Source: Camelus dromedarius (taxonomy: Eukaryota). From it: DNA of 64,000 bases. Of this stretch, positions 1 through 14,430 are shown in pieces. Both the position numbers and the translations under genes were made by a program. The stretch is from positions 1,488,001 to 1,552,000 of the forward strand of contig NC_087436.1 in the NCBI RefSeq assembly GCF_036321535.1. Reading direction: 5' to 3'. The first letter of the stretch is position 1. Each line of letters starts with the position of its first letter. The notes beneath the pieces are model-generated. The model was not told where the DNA came from, made no database searches, and worked only from the letters and a program-made list of their open reading frames with translations.

Positions 1-349
1 GGGAACGGGTTGCAGGGGAAACTTTTACTCTGGTTTTTCAGTCTGTTTCCTACAGCCGGTTTGAAGTTCCTGAAGTTTTCACTGTAAAAGAGAGTTGGAG
101 CTAGAACCTCCCCATATATATGTATGGAGTGGAGTTTGCAACTGAAAAGAAACTTTGTGTTCCGAACATGCTAGGTGAAGGCGGCTTTCACACACACTTA
201 TCTCTCAGAACTGAGCATGTGGAGAGACGTTCATTCATCTAGCACAAAGGGAACGGGTTGCAGGGAAACTTTTACTCTGGTTTTTCAGTGTGTTTCCTAG
301 TTCCGGTTTGAAGTTCCTGCAGTTTTCACTGTAAAACCGATTTGGAGAT

Positions 350-3330
350 ATTACTTCCCCATATATATGTATGGAGTAGAATTTGCAACTGAAAAGAAAC
401 TTTGTGTTCAGTACAAGCTATGTGAAAGACGGCTTTCACACACAAATATCTCTCAGAACTGAGCATGTGGAGAGACGTTCGTTCATCTAGCACAAAGGGA
501 ACGGGTTGCAGGAAAAACTTTTACTCTGGGTTCTCAGTGTATTTCCTACTGCCGGTTTGAAGTTATTGCTGTTTTCATTGTAAAACCGTGTTGGAGCTCG
601 TATCTCCCCATATATATGTAGGGAGTGGAGTTTGCAACTGAAAAGAAACTTTGTGTTCCCAACAAGCTAGGTGAAGGACGGCTTTCACACACAATTATCA
701 CTCAGAACTGAGCATGTGGAGAGACGTTCATTCATCTAGCACAAAGGGAACGGTTGCAGGAGAAACTTATACTATGGTTTCTCAGTCTGTTTCCTTGTGA
801 CGGTTTGAAGTTCCTGCAGGTTTCACTGTAAAAAGGAGTTGGAGCTAGTACCTCTCCATATATATGTATGGAGTGGAGTTTGCAACTGAAAAGAAACTTT
901 GTGTTCCCATCAAGCAATTTGAAGTACGGCTTTCACACACACATATCTCTCAGAACTTAGTATGTGGAGAGACGTTCGTTCATCTAGCACGAAGGGAACG
1001 GGTTGCAGGAGAAACATTTACACTGGTTTCTCAGTCTGTTTCCTACTGCCGGTTTGAAGTTCCTGCAGTTTTCACTGTAAAACAGATTTGGAGCTCGTAC
1101 CTCCCCATATATATGTATGGACTGGAATTTGCAAGTGAAAAGAAACTTTGTTTTCCGAACAAGCTAGGTGAAAGATGGTTTTCACACACACTTATCTCTT
1201 AGAACTGAGCATGTGGAGAGACGTTCGTTCATCTAGCACAAAGGGAACGTGTTGCAGGGGAAACTTTTACTCTGGTTTCTCAGTCTGTTTCCTAGTACCG
1301 GTTTGAATTTCCTACAGTTTTCACTGTAAATCCGAGTTCTAGCTTGTAGATCCCCATATATATGTATGGAGTGGAATTTGCAACTGAAAGAAACTTTGTG
1401 TTTAGTACAAGATAGGTGAAGGACGGCTTTCACACATACTTATCTCTCAGAACTTAGCATGTGGAGAGACGTTCGTTTATCCAGCACAAAGGGAACGGGT
1501 TGCAGGAGAAAGTTTTACTCTGGTCTCCCAGTCTGTTTGCTAGTGAAGGTTTGAAGTTCCTGCAGTTTTCACTTTAAAACAGATTTGGAACTAGTACCAC
1601 CCCATATATATGTATGGAGTGGAATTTGCAACTGAAAAGAAACTTTGTGTTCAGTACAAGTTAGGTGAAGTACTGTTTTCACACACACTTATCTCTCAGA
1701 ACTTAGCATGTGGAGAGACGTTCGTTCATCTAGCACAAAGGGAACGGATTGCAGGAGAAACTTTTACTCTGGTTTCTCAGTCTGTTTCCTACTGCCGGTT
1801 TGAAGTTCCTGCAGTTTTCACTGTAAAACCGAGTTATAGATAGTACTTCCCCATATATATGTATGGAGTAGAATTTGCAACTGAAAAGAAACTTTGTGTT
1901 TAGTACAAGCTATGTGAAAGACGGCTTTCACACACAAATATCTCTCAGAACTGAGCATGTGGAGAGACGTTCGTTCATCTAGCACAAAGGGAACGGGTTG
2001 CAGGAAAAACTTTTACTCTGGGTTCTCAGTGTATTTCCTACTGCCGGTTTGAATTTATTGCTGTTTTCACTGTATAACCGTGTTGGAGCTCGTATCTCCC
2101 CATATATATGTAGGGATTGGAGTTTGCAACTGAAAAGAAACTTTGTGTTCCCAACAAGCTAGGTGAAGGACGGCTTTCACACACAATTATCTCTCAGAAC
2201 TGAGCATGTGGAGAGACGTTCATTCATCTAGCACAAAGGGAACGGTTTGCAGGAGAAACTTATACTATGGTTTCTCAGTCTGTTTCCTTGTGACGGTTTG
2301 AAGATCCTGCAGGTTTCACTGTAAAAACGAGTTGGAGATAGTACCTCTCCATATATATGTATGGAGTGGAGTTTGCAACTGAAAAGAAACTTTGTGTTCC
2401 CATCAAGCAATTTGAAGTACGGCTTTCACACACACATATCTCTCAGAACTTAGCATGTGGAGAGACGTTCGTTCATCTAGCACGAAGGGAACGGGTTGCA
2501 GGAGAAACATTTACACTGGTTTCTCAGTCTGTTTCCTACTGCCGGTTTGAAGTTCCTGCAGTTTTCACTGTAAAACAGATTTGGAGCTCGTACCTCCCCA
2601 TATATATGTATGGACTGGAATTTGCAAGTGAAAAGAAACTTTGTGTTCCCAACAACCTAGGTGAAAAATGGTTTTCACACACACTTATCTCTTAGAACTG
2701 AGCGTGTGGAGAGACGTTCGTTCATCTAGCACAAAGGGAACGTGTTGCAGGGGAAACTTTTACTCTGGTTTCTCAGTCTGTTTCCTAGTACCGGTTTGAA
2801 TTTCCTACAGTTTTCACTGTAAAACCGAGTTCTTGCTTGTAGATCCCCATATATATGTATGGAGTGGAATTTGCAACTGAAAGAAACTTTGTGTTCAGTA
2901 CAAGCTAGGTGAAGGACGGCTTTCACACATACTTATCTCTCAGAACTTAGCATGTGGAGAGACGTTCGTTCATCCAGCACAAAGGGAACGGGTTGCAGGA
3001 GAAAGTTTTACTCTGGTATCCCAGTCTGTTTGCTAGTGCCGGTTTGAAGTTCCTGCAGTTTTCACTTTAAAACAGATTTGGAACTAGTACCACCCCATAT
3101 ATATGTATGGAGTGGAATTTGCAACTGAAATGAAACTCTGTGTTCAGTACAAGCTAGGTGAAGGACGGCTTTCACACACACTTATCTCTCAGAACTTAGC
3201 ATGTGGAGAGACGTTCGTTCATCTAGCACAAAGGGAACGGATTGCAGGAGAAACTTTTACTCTGGTTTCTCAGTCTGTTTCCTACTGCCGGTTTGAAGTT
3301 CCTGCAGTTTTCACTGTAAAACCGATTTGG
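350..3330 (+). repeat. Tandem duplication of a 6-monomer block (period 1492-1493 bp)
   Basis: Private variants repeat at +1492/1493: ATGGAGTAGA at 371 and 1863, TTCCTTGTGACGG, CATCAAGCAATTTG, TTGTAGATCCCC. ORF pairs 864/2357, 1233/2726 and 1610/3103 all differ by 1493. Confidence 0.93.
497..745 (+). repeat. Example full-length 249-bp monomer (phase chosen arbitrarily)
   Basis: Runs from GGGAACGGG at 497 to the next GGGAACGG at 746. Confidence 0.95.
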
Positions 3331-6300
3331 AGATCGTACCTCCCCATATATATGTATGGACTGGAATTTGCAAGTGAAAATAAACTTTGTGTTCTCAACA
3401 AGCTAGGTGAAAAATGGCTTTCACACACACTTATCTCTGAGAACTGAGCATGTGGAGAGACGTTCGTTCATCTAGCACAAAGGATAAGGGTTGCAGGAGA
3501 AACTTTTACTCTGGTTTCTCAGTCTGTTTCCTACAGCCGGTTTGAAGTTCCTGCAGTTTTCACTGTAAAACAGAGTTGAAGATAGAACCTCCCCATATAT
3601 ATGTATGGAGGGGAGTTTGCAACTGAAAAGAAACTTTGTGTTCCCAACAAGCTAGGTGAAGGAAGGCTTTCACACACACTTTTCTCTCAGAACTGAGCAT
3701 GTGGAGAGACGTTCGTTCATCTAGCACAAAGGGAACGGGTTGCAGGTGAAACTTTTACTCTGGTATATCAGAATGTTTCCTACTGCCGGTTTGAAGTTCC
3801 TGCAGTTTTCACTGTAAAACCGAGTTGGAGCTAGTACCTCCCCATGTATATGTATGGATTGGAGTTTGCAACTGAAAAGAAACATTGTGTTCCCAACAAG
3901 CTAGTTGAAGGACGGCTTTCACACACACATATCTCTCAGAACTGAGCATGTGGAGAGACTTTCGTTCATCTAGCAGAAAGGGAACGGTTTGCAGGAGAAA
4001 CTTTTACTCTGGTTTCTCAGTCTGTTTCCTAGTGCCGGTTTGATGTTCCTGCAGGTTTCACTGTAAAACCGAGTTGGAGCTAGTACCTCCCCATATATAT
4101 GTATGGAGTGCAGTTTGCAACTGAAAAGAAACTTTGTGTTCCCATCTAGCTAGGTGAAGGCGGCTTTCACACAAACTTATCTCTCAGACCTGAGCATGTG
4201 GAGAGACGTTCGTTCATCTAGAACAAATGGAACGGGTTGCAGGGAAACTTTTACTCTCGTTTCTCAGTCTGTTTCCTAGTACCGGTTTGAAGTTCCTGCA
4301 GTTTTCACTGTAAAACCGAGTTGCAGCTAGTACTTCCCCATAAATATGTATGGAGTGGAATTTGCAACTGAAAAGAAACTTTGTGTTCCCAACAAGCTAG
4401 GTGAAGGACGGCTTTCTCACACACTTATCTCTCAGAACTGAGCATGTGGAGAGACGTTCGTTCATCTAGCACAAAGGGAATGGATTGCAGGAGAAATTTT
4501 ACTCTGGTTTCTCAGTCTGTTTCCTAGTGCCGGTTTGAAGAGCCTGCAGTTTTCACTGTAAAATCGAGTTGGAGCTAGTACATTCCCATATATATGTATG
4601 GAGTGGAATTTGCACCTGAAAAGAAACTTTGTGTTCAGTACAAGCTAGGTGAAGGAAGGCTATCACACACAATTATCTCTCAGAACTGAGCATGTGGAGA
4701 GACGTTCGTTCATCTAGCACAAAGGGAACGGGTTGCAGGAGAAACTTTTACTCTGGTTTCTCAGTCTGTTTCCTACTGCCGGTTTGAAGTTCCTGCAGTT
4801 TTCACTGTAAAACCATGTTGGTGCTAGTACCTCCCCAGATATATGTATGGAGCGGAGTGTGCAACTGAAAAGAAACTTTGTGTTCCCAACAAGCTAGGTG
4901 AAGTCGGCTTTCACACACACTTATCTCTCTGAACTGAGCATGTGGAGAGACGTTCGTTCATCTAGCACAAAGGGAACGGGTTGCAAGGGAAACTTTTCTC
5001 TGGTTTCTCAGTCTGTTTCCTAGTGCCGGTTTGAAGTTCCTGCAGGTTTCACTGTAAAACCGTGTTGGATCTAGAGCATCCCCATATATATGTATGGAGT
5101 GGTGTTTGCAAGTGAAAAAAAACTTTGGGTTCCCAACAAGCTAGGTGAAGGCGGCTTTCACACACACTTATCTCTGAGAACTGAGCATGTGGAGAGACGT
5201 TCGTTCATCTTGCACAAAGGGAATTGTTTGCAGGAGAAACTTTTACTCTGGTTTCTCTGTCTCTTTCCTACTGCCGGTTTCAAGTTATTGCAGTTTTCAC
5301 TGTAAAACAGAGTTGAAGCTAGAACCTCCGCATATATATGTATGGAGTGGAGTTTGCAACTGAAAAGAAACTTTGTGTTCCCAACAAGCTAGGTGAAGGA
5401 CGGCTTTCACACACAATTATCTTTCAGAACTGAGCATGTGGAGAGACTTTCGTTCATCTAGCACAAAGGGAACGGGTTGCAGGTGAAAATTTTACTCTGG
5501 TTTCTCAAACTGTTTCCTACTGCCGGTTAGAAGTTCCTGCAGTTTTCAATGTAAAACCGAGTTGGAGCTAGTACCTCCCCATATATATTTATGGAGTGTA
5601 GTTTGCAAGTGAAAAGAAACATTGTGATCCCAACAAGCTATGTGAAGTACGGCTTTCAAACACAATTATCTCTCAGAACAGAGCATGTGGAGAGACGTTT
5701 GTTCATCTAGCACAAAGGGAACGGGTTGCAGGAGAAACATTTACTCTGGTTTCTTAGTCTGTTTCCTAGTACCTTTTTGAAGTTACTGCAGATTTCACTG
5801 TAAAAACGAGTTGGAGCTAGTACCTCCCCATATATATTTATGGATTGGAGTTGGCAACTGAAAAGAAACTTTGTGTTCCCAACAAGCTAGGTGAAGGACG
5901 GCATTCACACACACTTATCTCTCAGAACTGAGCATGTGGAGAGACTTTCGTTCATCTAGCACAAAGGAACGGGTTGCAGTAGAAACTTTTACTCTGGTTT
6001 CTCAGTCTGTTTCCTAGTGCCGGTTTGAAGTTCCTGCAGTTTTCACTGTAAAAGCGAGTTGGAGCTCGTACCACCCCATATATATTTATGGAGTGGAGTT
6101 AGCAAGTGAAAAGAAACTTTGTGTTCCCAACAAGCTAGTTGAAGGATGGCTTTCAAACACACTTATCTCTGAGAACTGAGCATGTGGAGAGACGTTCGTT
6201 CATCTAGCACAAAGGGAATTGTTTGAAGGAGAAACTTTTACTCTGGTTTCTCTGTCTGTTTCCTACTGCCGGTTTGAAGTTCCTGCAGTTTTCACTGTAA

Positions 6301-9300
6301 AATTGAGTTGAAGCTAGAACCTCCCCATATATATCTATGGAGTGGAGTTTGCAACTGAAAAGAAACTTTGTGTTCCCAACAAGCTAGGTGAAGGACGGCT
6401 TTCACACACACTTATCTCTCAGAACTGAGCATGTGGAGAGACGTTCGTTCATCTAGCACAAAGGGAACGGGTTGCAGGTGAAAATTTTACTCTGGTTTCT
6501 CAGACTGTTTCCTACTGCCGGTTTGAAGTTCCTGCAGTTTTCACTGTAAAACCGAGTTGGAGCTAGTACCTCCCCATATATATGTATGGAGTGGAGTTTG
6601 CAAGTGAAAACAAACATTGTGATCCCAACAAGCTATGTGAAGTACGGCTTTCACACACACTTATCTCTCAGAACTGACCATGTGGAGAGACGTTCGTTCA
6701 TCTAGCACAAAGGGAAAGTTTTGCAGGAGAAACATTTACTCAGTTTTCTCAGTCTGTTTCCTAGTGCCGGTTTGAAGTTCTTGCAGGTTTCACTGTAAAA
6801 CCGAGTTTGAGCTGGTACCTCCCCGTATATATGTATGGAGTGGGGTTTGCAACTGAAAAGAATCTTTGTTTTCCCAACAAGCAAGCTGAAGGCGGTGTTC
6901 ACACACACTTATCTCTCAGAACAGAGCATGTGGAGAGACGTTCTTTCATCTAGCACAAAGGGAACGGGTTGCAGGAGAAACTTTTACTCTAGTTTCTTAG
7001 TCGGTTTCCTAGTACCGGTTTGAAGTTACTACAGATTTCACTGTAAAATCGAGTTGGAGCTAGTACCTCCCCATATATATGTATGGATTGGAGTTTGCAA
7101 CTGATAAGAAACTTTGTGTTCCCAACAAGCTAGGTGAAGGACGGATTTCACACACACTTATCTCTCAGAACTGAGCATGTGGAGAGACGTTCGTTCATCT
7201 AGCACAAAGGGAATGGGTTGCAGGTGAAAATTTTACTATGGTTTCTCAGTCTGTTTCCTAGTGCCGCTTTGAACTTCCTGCAGTTTTCACTGTAAAACAG
7301 ATTTGGAGCTAGTTCCTCCGCATATATATGTATTGATTGGAATTTGCATCTGAAAAGAATCTTTGTGTTCAGTACAAGCTAGGTTAAGGACGGCATTCAC
7401 ACACGCTTATCTCTCAGAACTGAGCATGTGGAGAGACTTTCGTTCATCTAGCACAAAGGGAACGGGTTGCAGGAGAAACTTTTACTCTGGTTTCTCAGTC
7501 TGTTTCCTACTGCCGGTTTGAACTTCCTGCAGTTTTCACTGTAAAACAGAGTTGGAGCTCGTACCTCCCCATATATATGTATGGAGTGGAGTTTGCAAGT
7601 GAAAACCAACATTGTGATCCCAACAAGTTATGTGAAGTACGGCTTTCACACACACTTATCTCTCAGAACTGAGAATGTGGAGAGACGTTCGTTCATCTAG
7701 CACAAAGGGAAAGGTTTGCAGGAGAAACTTTTACTCAGGTTTCTCAGTCTGTTTCCTAGTGCCGGTTTGAAGTTCTTGCAGGTTTCACTGTAAAACCGAG
7801 TTTGAGCTAGTACCTCCCCATATATATGTATGGAGTGGGGTTTGCAACTGAAAAGAATCTTTGTGTTCCCAACAAGCTAGCTGAAAGCGGCGTTCACACA
7901 CACTTATCTCTAAGAACAGAGCATGTGGAGAGACTTTAGTTCATCTAGCACAAAGGGAACGGGTTGCAGGAGAAACTTTTACTCTGGTTTCTTAGTCTGT
8001 TTCCTAGTACCGGTTTGAAATTACTACAGATTTCACTGTAAAAACGAGTTGGAGATAGTACCTCCCCATATATATGTATGGATTGGAGTTTTCAACTGAA
8101 AAGAAATTTTGTGTTCCCAACAAGCTAGGTGAAGGGCGGATTTCACACACACTTATCCCTCAGAACTGAGCATGTGGAGAGACGTTCTTTCATCTACCAC
8201 AAAGGGAATGGGTTGCAGGAGAAAATTTTACTCTGGTTTCTCATTCTGTTTCCTAGTGCCGGGTTGAACTTCCTGCAATTTTCACTGTAAAACAGATTTG
8301 GAGCTAGTACCTCCCCATATACATGTATTGATTGGAATTTGCATCTGAAAAGAATCTTTGTGTTCAGTACAAGCTAGGTTAAGGACGGCTTTCACACACA
8401 CTTATCTCTCAGAACTGAGCATGTGGAGAGACTTTCGTTCATCTAGAACAAATGGAATGAGTTGCAGGAGAAACTTATACTCTGGTTTCTCAGTCTGTTT
8501 CCTACTGCCGGTTTGATGTTCCTGCAGTTTTCACTGTAAAATTGAGTTGAAGCTAGAACCTCCCCATATATATCTATGGAGTGGAGTTTGCAACTGAAAA
8601 GAAACTTTGTGTTCCCAACAAGCTAGGTGAAGGACGGCTTTCACACACACTTATCTCTCAGAACTGAGCATGTGGAGAGACGTTCGTTCATCTAGCACAA
8701 AGGGAACGGGTTGCAGGTGAAAATTTTACTCTGGTTTCTCAGACTGTTTCCTACTGCCGGTTTGAAGTTCCTGCAGTTTTCACTGTAAAACCGAGTTGGA
8801 GCTAGTACCTCCCCATATATATGTATGGAGTGGAGTTTGCAAGTGAAAACAAACATTGTGATCCCAACAAGCTATGTGAAGTACGGCTTTCACACACACT
8901 TATCTCTCAGAACTGACCATGTGGAGAGACGTTCGTTCATCTAGCACAAAGGGAAAGTTTTGCAGGAGAAACATTTACTCAGTTTTCTCAGTCTGTTTCC
9001 TAGTGCCGGTTTGAAGTTCTTGCATGTTTCACTGTAAAACCGAGTTTGAGCTGGTACCTCCCCGTATATATGTATGGAGTGGGGTTTGCAACTGAAAAGA
9101 ATCTTTGTTTTCCCAACAAGCTAGCTGAAGGCGGTGTTCACACACACTTATCTCTCAGAACAGAGCATGTGGAGAGACGTTCTTTCATCTAGCACAAAGG
9201 GAACGGGTTGCAGGAGAAACTTTTACTCTAGTTTCTTAGTCGGTTTCCTAGTACCGGTTTGAAGTTACTACAGATTTCACTGTAAAATCGAGTTGGAGCT

Positions 9301-10699
9301 AGTACCTCCCCATATATATGTATGGATTGGAGTTTGCAACTGATAAGAAACTTTGTGTTCCCAACAAGCTAGGTGAAGGACGGATTTCACACACACTTAT
9401 CTCTCAGAACTGAGCATGTGGAGAGACGTTCGTTCATCTAGCACAAAGGGAATGGGTTGCAGGTGAAAATTTTACTATGGTTTCTCAGTCTGTTTCCTAG
9501 TGCCGCTTTGAACTTCCTGCAGTTTTCACTGTAAAACAGATTTGGAGCTAGTTCCTCCGCATATATATGTATTGATTGGAATTTGCATCTGAAAAGAATC
9601 TTTGTGTTCAGTACAAGCTAGGTTAAGGACGGCATTCACACACGCTTATCTCTCAGAACTGAGCATGTGGAGAGACTTTCGTTCATCTAGCACAAAGGGA
9701 ACGGGTTGCAGGAGAAACATTTACTCTGGTTTCTTAGTCTGTTTCCTAGTACCTTTTTGAAGTTACTGCAGATTTCACTGTAAAAACGAGTTGGAGCTAG
9801 TACCTCCCCATATATATGTATGGATTGGAGTTTTCAACTGAAAAGAAACTTTGTGTTCCCAACAAGCTAGGTGAAGGACGGCATTCACACACACTTATCT
9901 CTCAGAACTGAGCATGTGGAGAGACTTTCGTTCATCTAGCACAAAGGAACGGGTTGCAGTAGAAACTTTTACTCAGGTTTCTCAGTCTGTTTCCTAGTGC
10001 CGGTTTGAAGTTCCTGCAGTTTTCACTGTAAAAGCGAGTTGGAGCTCGTACCTCCCCATATATATTTATGGAGTGGAGTTAGCAAGTGAAAAGAAACTTT
10101 GTGTTCCCAACAAGCTAGTTGAAGGATGGCTTTCAAACACACTTATCTCTGAGAACTGAGCATGTGGAGAGACGTTCGTTCATCTAGCACAAAGGGAATT
10201 GTTTGAAGGAGAAACTTTTACTCTGGTTTCTCTGTCTGTTTCCTACTGCCGGTTTGAAGTTCCTGCAGTTTTCACTGTAAAATTGAGTTGAAGCTAGAAC
10301 CTCCCCATATATATGTATGGAGTGGAGTTTGCAACTGAAAAGAAACTTTGTGTTCCCAACAAGCTAGGTGAAGGACGGCTTTCACACACACTTATCTCTC
10401 AGAACTGAGCATGTGGAGAGACGTTCGTTCATCTAGCACAAAGGGAACGGGTTGCAGGTGAAAATTTTACTCTGGTTTCTCAGAATGTTTCCTACTGCCG
10501 GTTTGAAGTTCCTGCAGTTTTCACTGTAAAACCGAGTTGGAGCTAGTACCTCCCCATATATATGAATGGAGTGGAGTTTGCAAGTGAAAACAAACATTGT
10601 GATCCCAACAAGCTATGTGAAGTACGGCTTTCACACACACTTATCTCTCAGAACTGACCATGTGGAGAGACGTTCGTTCATCTAGCACAAAGGGAAAGG

Positions 10700-12190
10700 T
10701 TTGCAGGAGAAACATTTACTCAGGTTTCTCAGTCTGTTTCCTAGTGCCGGTTTGAAGTTCTTGCAGGTTTCACTGTAAAACCGAGTTTGAGCTGGTACCT
10801 CCCCGTATATATGTATGGAGTGGGGTTTGCAACTGAAAAGAATCTTTGTTTTCCCAACAAGCTAGCTGAAGGCGGCGTTCACACACACTTATCTCTCAGA
10901 ACAGAGCATGTGGAGAGACGTTCTTTCATCTAGCACAAAGGGAACGGGTTGCAGGAGAAACTTTTACTCTAGTTTCTTAGTCGGTTTCCTAGTACCGGTT
11001 TGAAGTTACTACAGATTTCACTGTAAAATCGAGTTGGAGCTAGTACCTCCCCATATATATGTATGGATTGGAGTTTGCAACTGATAAGAAACTTTGTGTT
11101 CCCAACAAGCTAGGTCAAGGACGGATTTCACACACACTTATCTCTCAGAACTGAGCATGTGGAGAGACGTTCGTTCATCTAGCACAAAGGGAATGGGTTG
11201 CAGGTGAAAATTTTACTATGGTTTCTCAGTCTGTTTCCTAGTGCCGCTTTGAACTTCCTGCAGTTTTCACTGTAAAACAGATTTGGAGCTAGTTCCTCCG
11301 CATATATATGTATTGTTTGGAATTTGCATCTGAAAAAATCTTTGTGTTCAGTACAAGCTAGGTTAAGGACGGCATTCACACACGCTTATCTCTCAGAACT
11401 GAGCATGTGGAGAGACTTTCGTTCATCTAGCACAAAGGGAACGGGTTGCAGGAGAAACATTTACTCAGGTTTCTCAGTCTGTTTCCTAGTGCCGGTTTGA
11501 AGTTCTTGCAGGTTTCACTGTAAAACCGAGTTTGAGCTGGTACCTCCCCGTATATATGTATGGAGTGGGGTTTGCAACTGAAAAGAATCTTTGTTTTCCC
11601 AACAAGCTAGCTGAAGGCGGCGTTCACACACACTTATCTCTCAGAACAGAGCATGTGGAGAGACGTTCTTTCATCTAGCACAAAGGGAACGGGTTGCAGG
11701 AGAAACTTTTACTCTAGTTTCTTAGTCGGTTTCCTAGTACCGGTTTGAAGTTACTACAGATTTCACTGTAAAATCGAGTTGGAGCTAGTACCTCCCCATA
11801 TATATGTATGGATTGGAGTTTGCAACTGATAAGAAACTTTGTGTTCCCAACAAGCTAGGTCAAGGACGGATTTCACACACACTTATCTCTCAGAACTGAG
11901 CATGTGGAGAGACGTTCGTTCATCTAGCACAAAGGGAATGGGTTGCAGGTGAAAATTTTACTATGGTTTCTCAGTCTGTTTCCTAGTGCCGCTTTGAACT
12001 TCCTGCAGTTTTCACTGTAAAACAGATTTGGAGCTAGTTCCTCCGCATATATATGTATTGTTTGGAATTTGCATCTGAAAAAATCTTTGTGTTCAGTACA
12101 AGCTAGGTTAAGGACGGCATTCACACACGCTTATCTCTCAGAACTGAGCATGTGGAGAGACTTTCGTTCATCTAGCACAAAGGGAACGGG
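10700..12190 (+). repeat. Near-perfect tandem duplication of 3 monomers (745 bp)
   Basis: ORFs at 11179 and 11924 are identical (offset 745). Both copies share the private variants TAGGTCAAGG and TATTGTTTGG...TGAAAAAATC. Confidence 0.93.
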
Positions 12191-12939
12191 TTGCAGGAGA
12201 AACTTTTACTCTGGTTTCTCAGTCTGTTTCCTACTGCCTGTTTGAAGTTCCTGCAGTTTTCACTGTAAAACAGAGTTGGAGCTCGTACCTCCCCATATAT
12301 ATGTATGGAGTGGAGTTTGCAAGTGAAAACCAACATTGTGATCCCAACAAGTTATGTGAAGTACGGCTTTCACACACACTTATCTCTCAGAACTGAGAAT
12401 GTGGAGAGACGTTCGTTCATCTAGCACAAAGGGAAAGGTTTGCAGGAGAAACTTTTACTCAGGTTTCTCAGTCTGTTTCCTAGTGCCGGTTTGAAGTTCT
12501 TGCAGGTTTCACTGTAAAACCGAGTTTGAGCTAGTACCTCCCCATATATATGTATGGAGTGGGGTTTGCAACTGAAAAGAATCTTTGTGTTCCCAACAAG
12601 CTAGCTGAAAGCGGCGTTCACACACACTTATCTCTAAGAACAGAGCATGTGGAGAGACTTTAGTTCATCTAGCACAAAGGGAACGGGTTGCAGGAGAAAC
12701 TTTTACTCTGGTTTCTTAGTCTGTTTCCTAGTACCGGTTTGAAATTACTACAGATTTCACTGTAAAAACGAGTTGGAGATAGTACCTCCCCATATATATG
12801 TATGGATTGGAGTTTTCAACTGAAAAGAAATTTTGTGTTCCCAACAAGCTAGGTGAAGGACGGATTTCACACACACTTATCCCTCAGAACTGAGCATGTG
12901 GAGAGACGTTCTTTCATCTAGCACAAAGGGAATGGGTTG

Positions 12940-14430
12940 CAGGAGAAAATTTTACTCTGGTTTCTCATTCTGTTTCCTAGTGCCGGGTTGAACTTCCTGC
13001 AATTTTCACTGTAAAACAGATTTGGAGCTAGTACCTCCCCATATACATGTATTGATTGGAATTTGCATCTGAAAAGAATCTTTGTGTTCAGTACAAGCTA
13101 GGTTAAGGACGGCTTTCACACACACTTATCTCTCAGAACTGAGCATGTGGAGAGACTTTCGTTCATCTAGAACAAATGGAATGAGTTGCAGGAGAAACTT
13201 ATACTCTGGTTTCTCAGTCTGTTTCCTACTGCCGGTTTGATGTTCCTGCAGTTTTCACTGTAAAACCGAGTTGGAGCTCGTACCTCCCCATATATATGTA
13301 TGGAGTGGAGTTTGAAAGTGAATAGAAACTTTGTGTTCCCAACAAGCTAGGTGAAGGATGGCTTTCAAACACACTTATCTCTGAGAAATCAGCATGTGGA
13401 GAGACGTTCGTTCATTTAGCACAAAGGGAAATGGTTGAAGGGAAACTTTTACTCTGGTTTCTCTGTCTGTTTCCTACTGCCGGTTTGAAGTTCCTGCAGT
13501 TTTCACTGTAAAACTGAGATGAAGCTAGAACCTCCCCATATATATGTACGGATTGGAGTTTGCAACTGAAAAGAAACATTGTGTTCCCAACAAGCTAGGT
13601 GAAGGACGGCTTTCACACACACTTATCTCTCAGAACTGAGCATGTGGAGAGACTTTCGTTCATCTAGCACAAAGGGAACGGGTTGCAGGAGAAAATTTTA
13701 CTCTGGTTTCTCATTCTGTTTCCTAGTGCCGGGTTGAACTTCCTGCAATTTTCACTGTAAAACAGATTTGGAGCTAGTACCTCCCCATATACATGTATTG
13801 ATTGGAATTTGCATCTGAAAAGAATCTTTGTGTTCAGTACAAGCTAGGTTAAGGACGGCTTTCACACACACTTATCTCTCAGAACTGAGCATGTGGAGAG
13901 ACTTTCGTTCATCTAGAACAAATGGAATGGGTTGCAGGAGAAACTTATACTCTGGTTTCTCAGTCTGTTTCCTACTGCCGGTTTGATGTTCCTGCAGTTT
14001 TCACTGTAAAACCGAGTTGGAGCTCGTACCTCCCCATATATATGTATGGAGTGGAGTTTGAAAGTGAATAGAAACTTTGTGTTCCCAACAAGCTAGGTGA
14101 AGGATGGCTTTCAAACACACTTATCTCTGAGAAATCAGCATGTGGAGAGACGTTCGTTCATTTAGCACAAAGGGAAATGGTTGAAGGGAAACTTTTACTC
14201 TGGTTTCTCTGTCTGTTTCCTACTGCCGGTTTGAAGTTCCTGCAGTTTTCACTGTAAAACTGAGTTGAAGCTAGAACCTCCCCATATATATGTACGGATT
14301 GGAGTTTGCAACTGAAAAGAAACATTGTGTTCCCAACAAGCTAGGTGAAGGACGGCTTTCACACACACTTATCTCTCAGAACTGAGCATGTGGAGAGACG
14401 TTCGTTCATCTAGCACAAAGGGAACGGGTT
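12940..14430 (+). repeat. Near-perfect tandem duplication of 3 monomers (746 bp)
   Basis: TTTGGAGCTAGTACCTCCCCATATACATGT occurs at 13021 and 13767. Both copies share GAATAGAAAC, GAAATCAGC and TGTACGGATT. Confidence 0.92.

Noticed and set aside
110..130. TATA-box promoter in CATATATATG
   Set aside because: It is a short alternating AT tract present in essentially every monomer, with no associated gene or other support.
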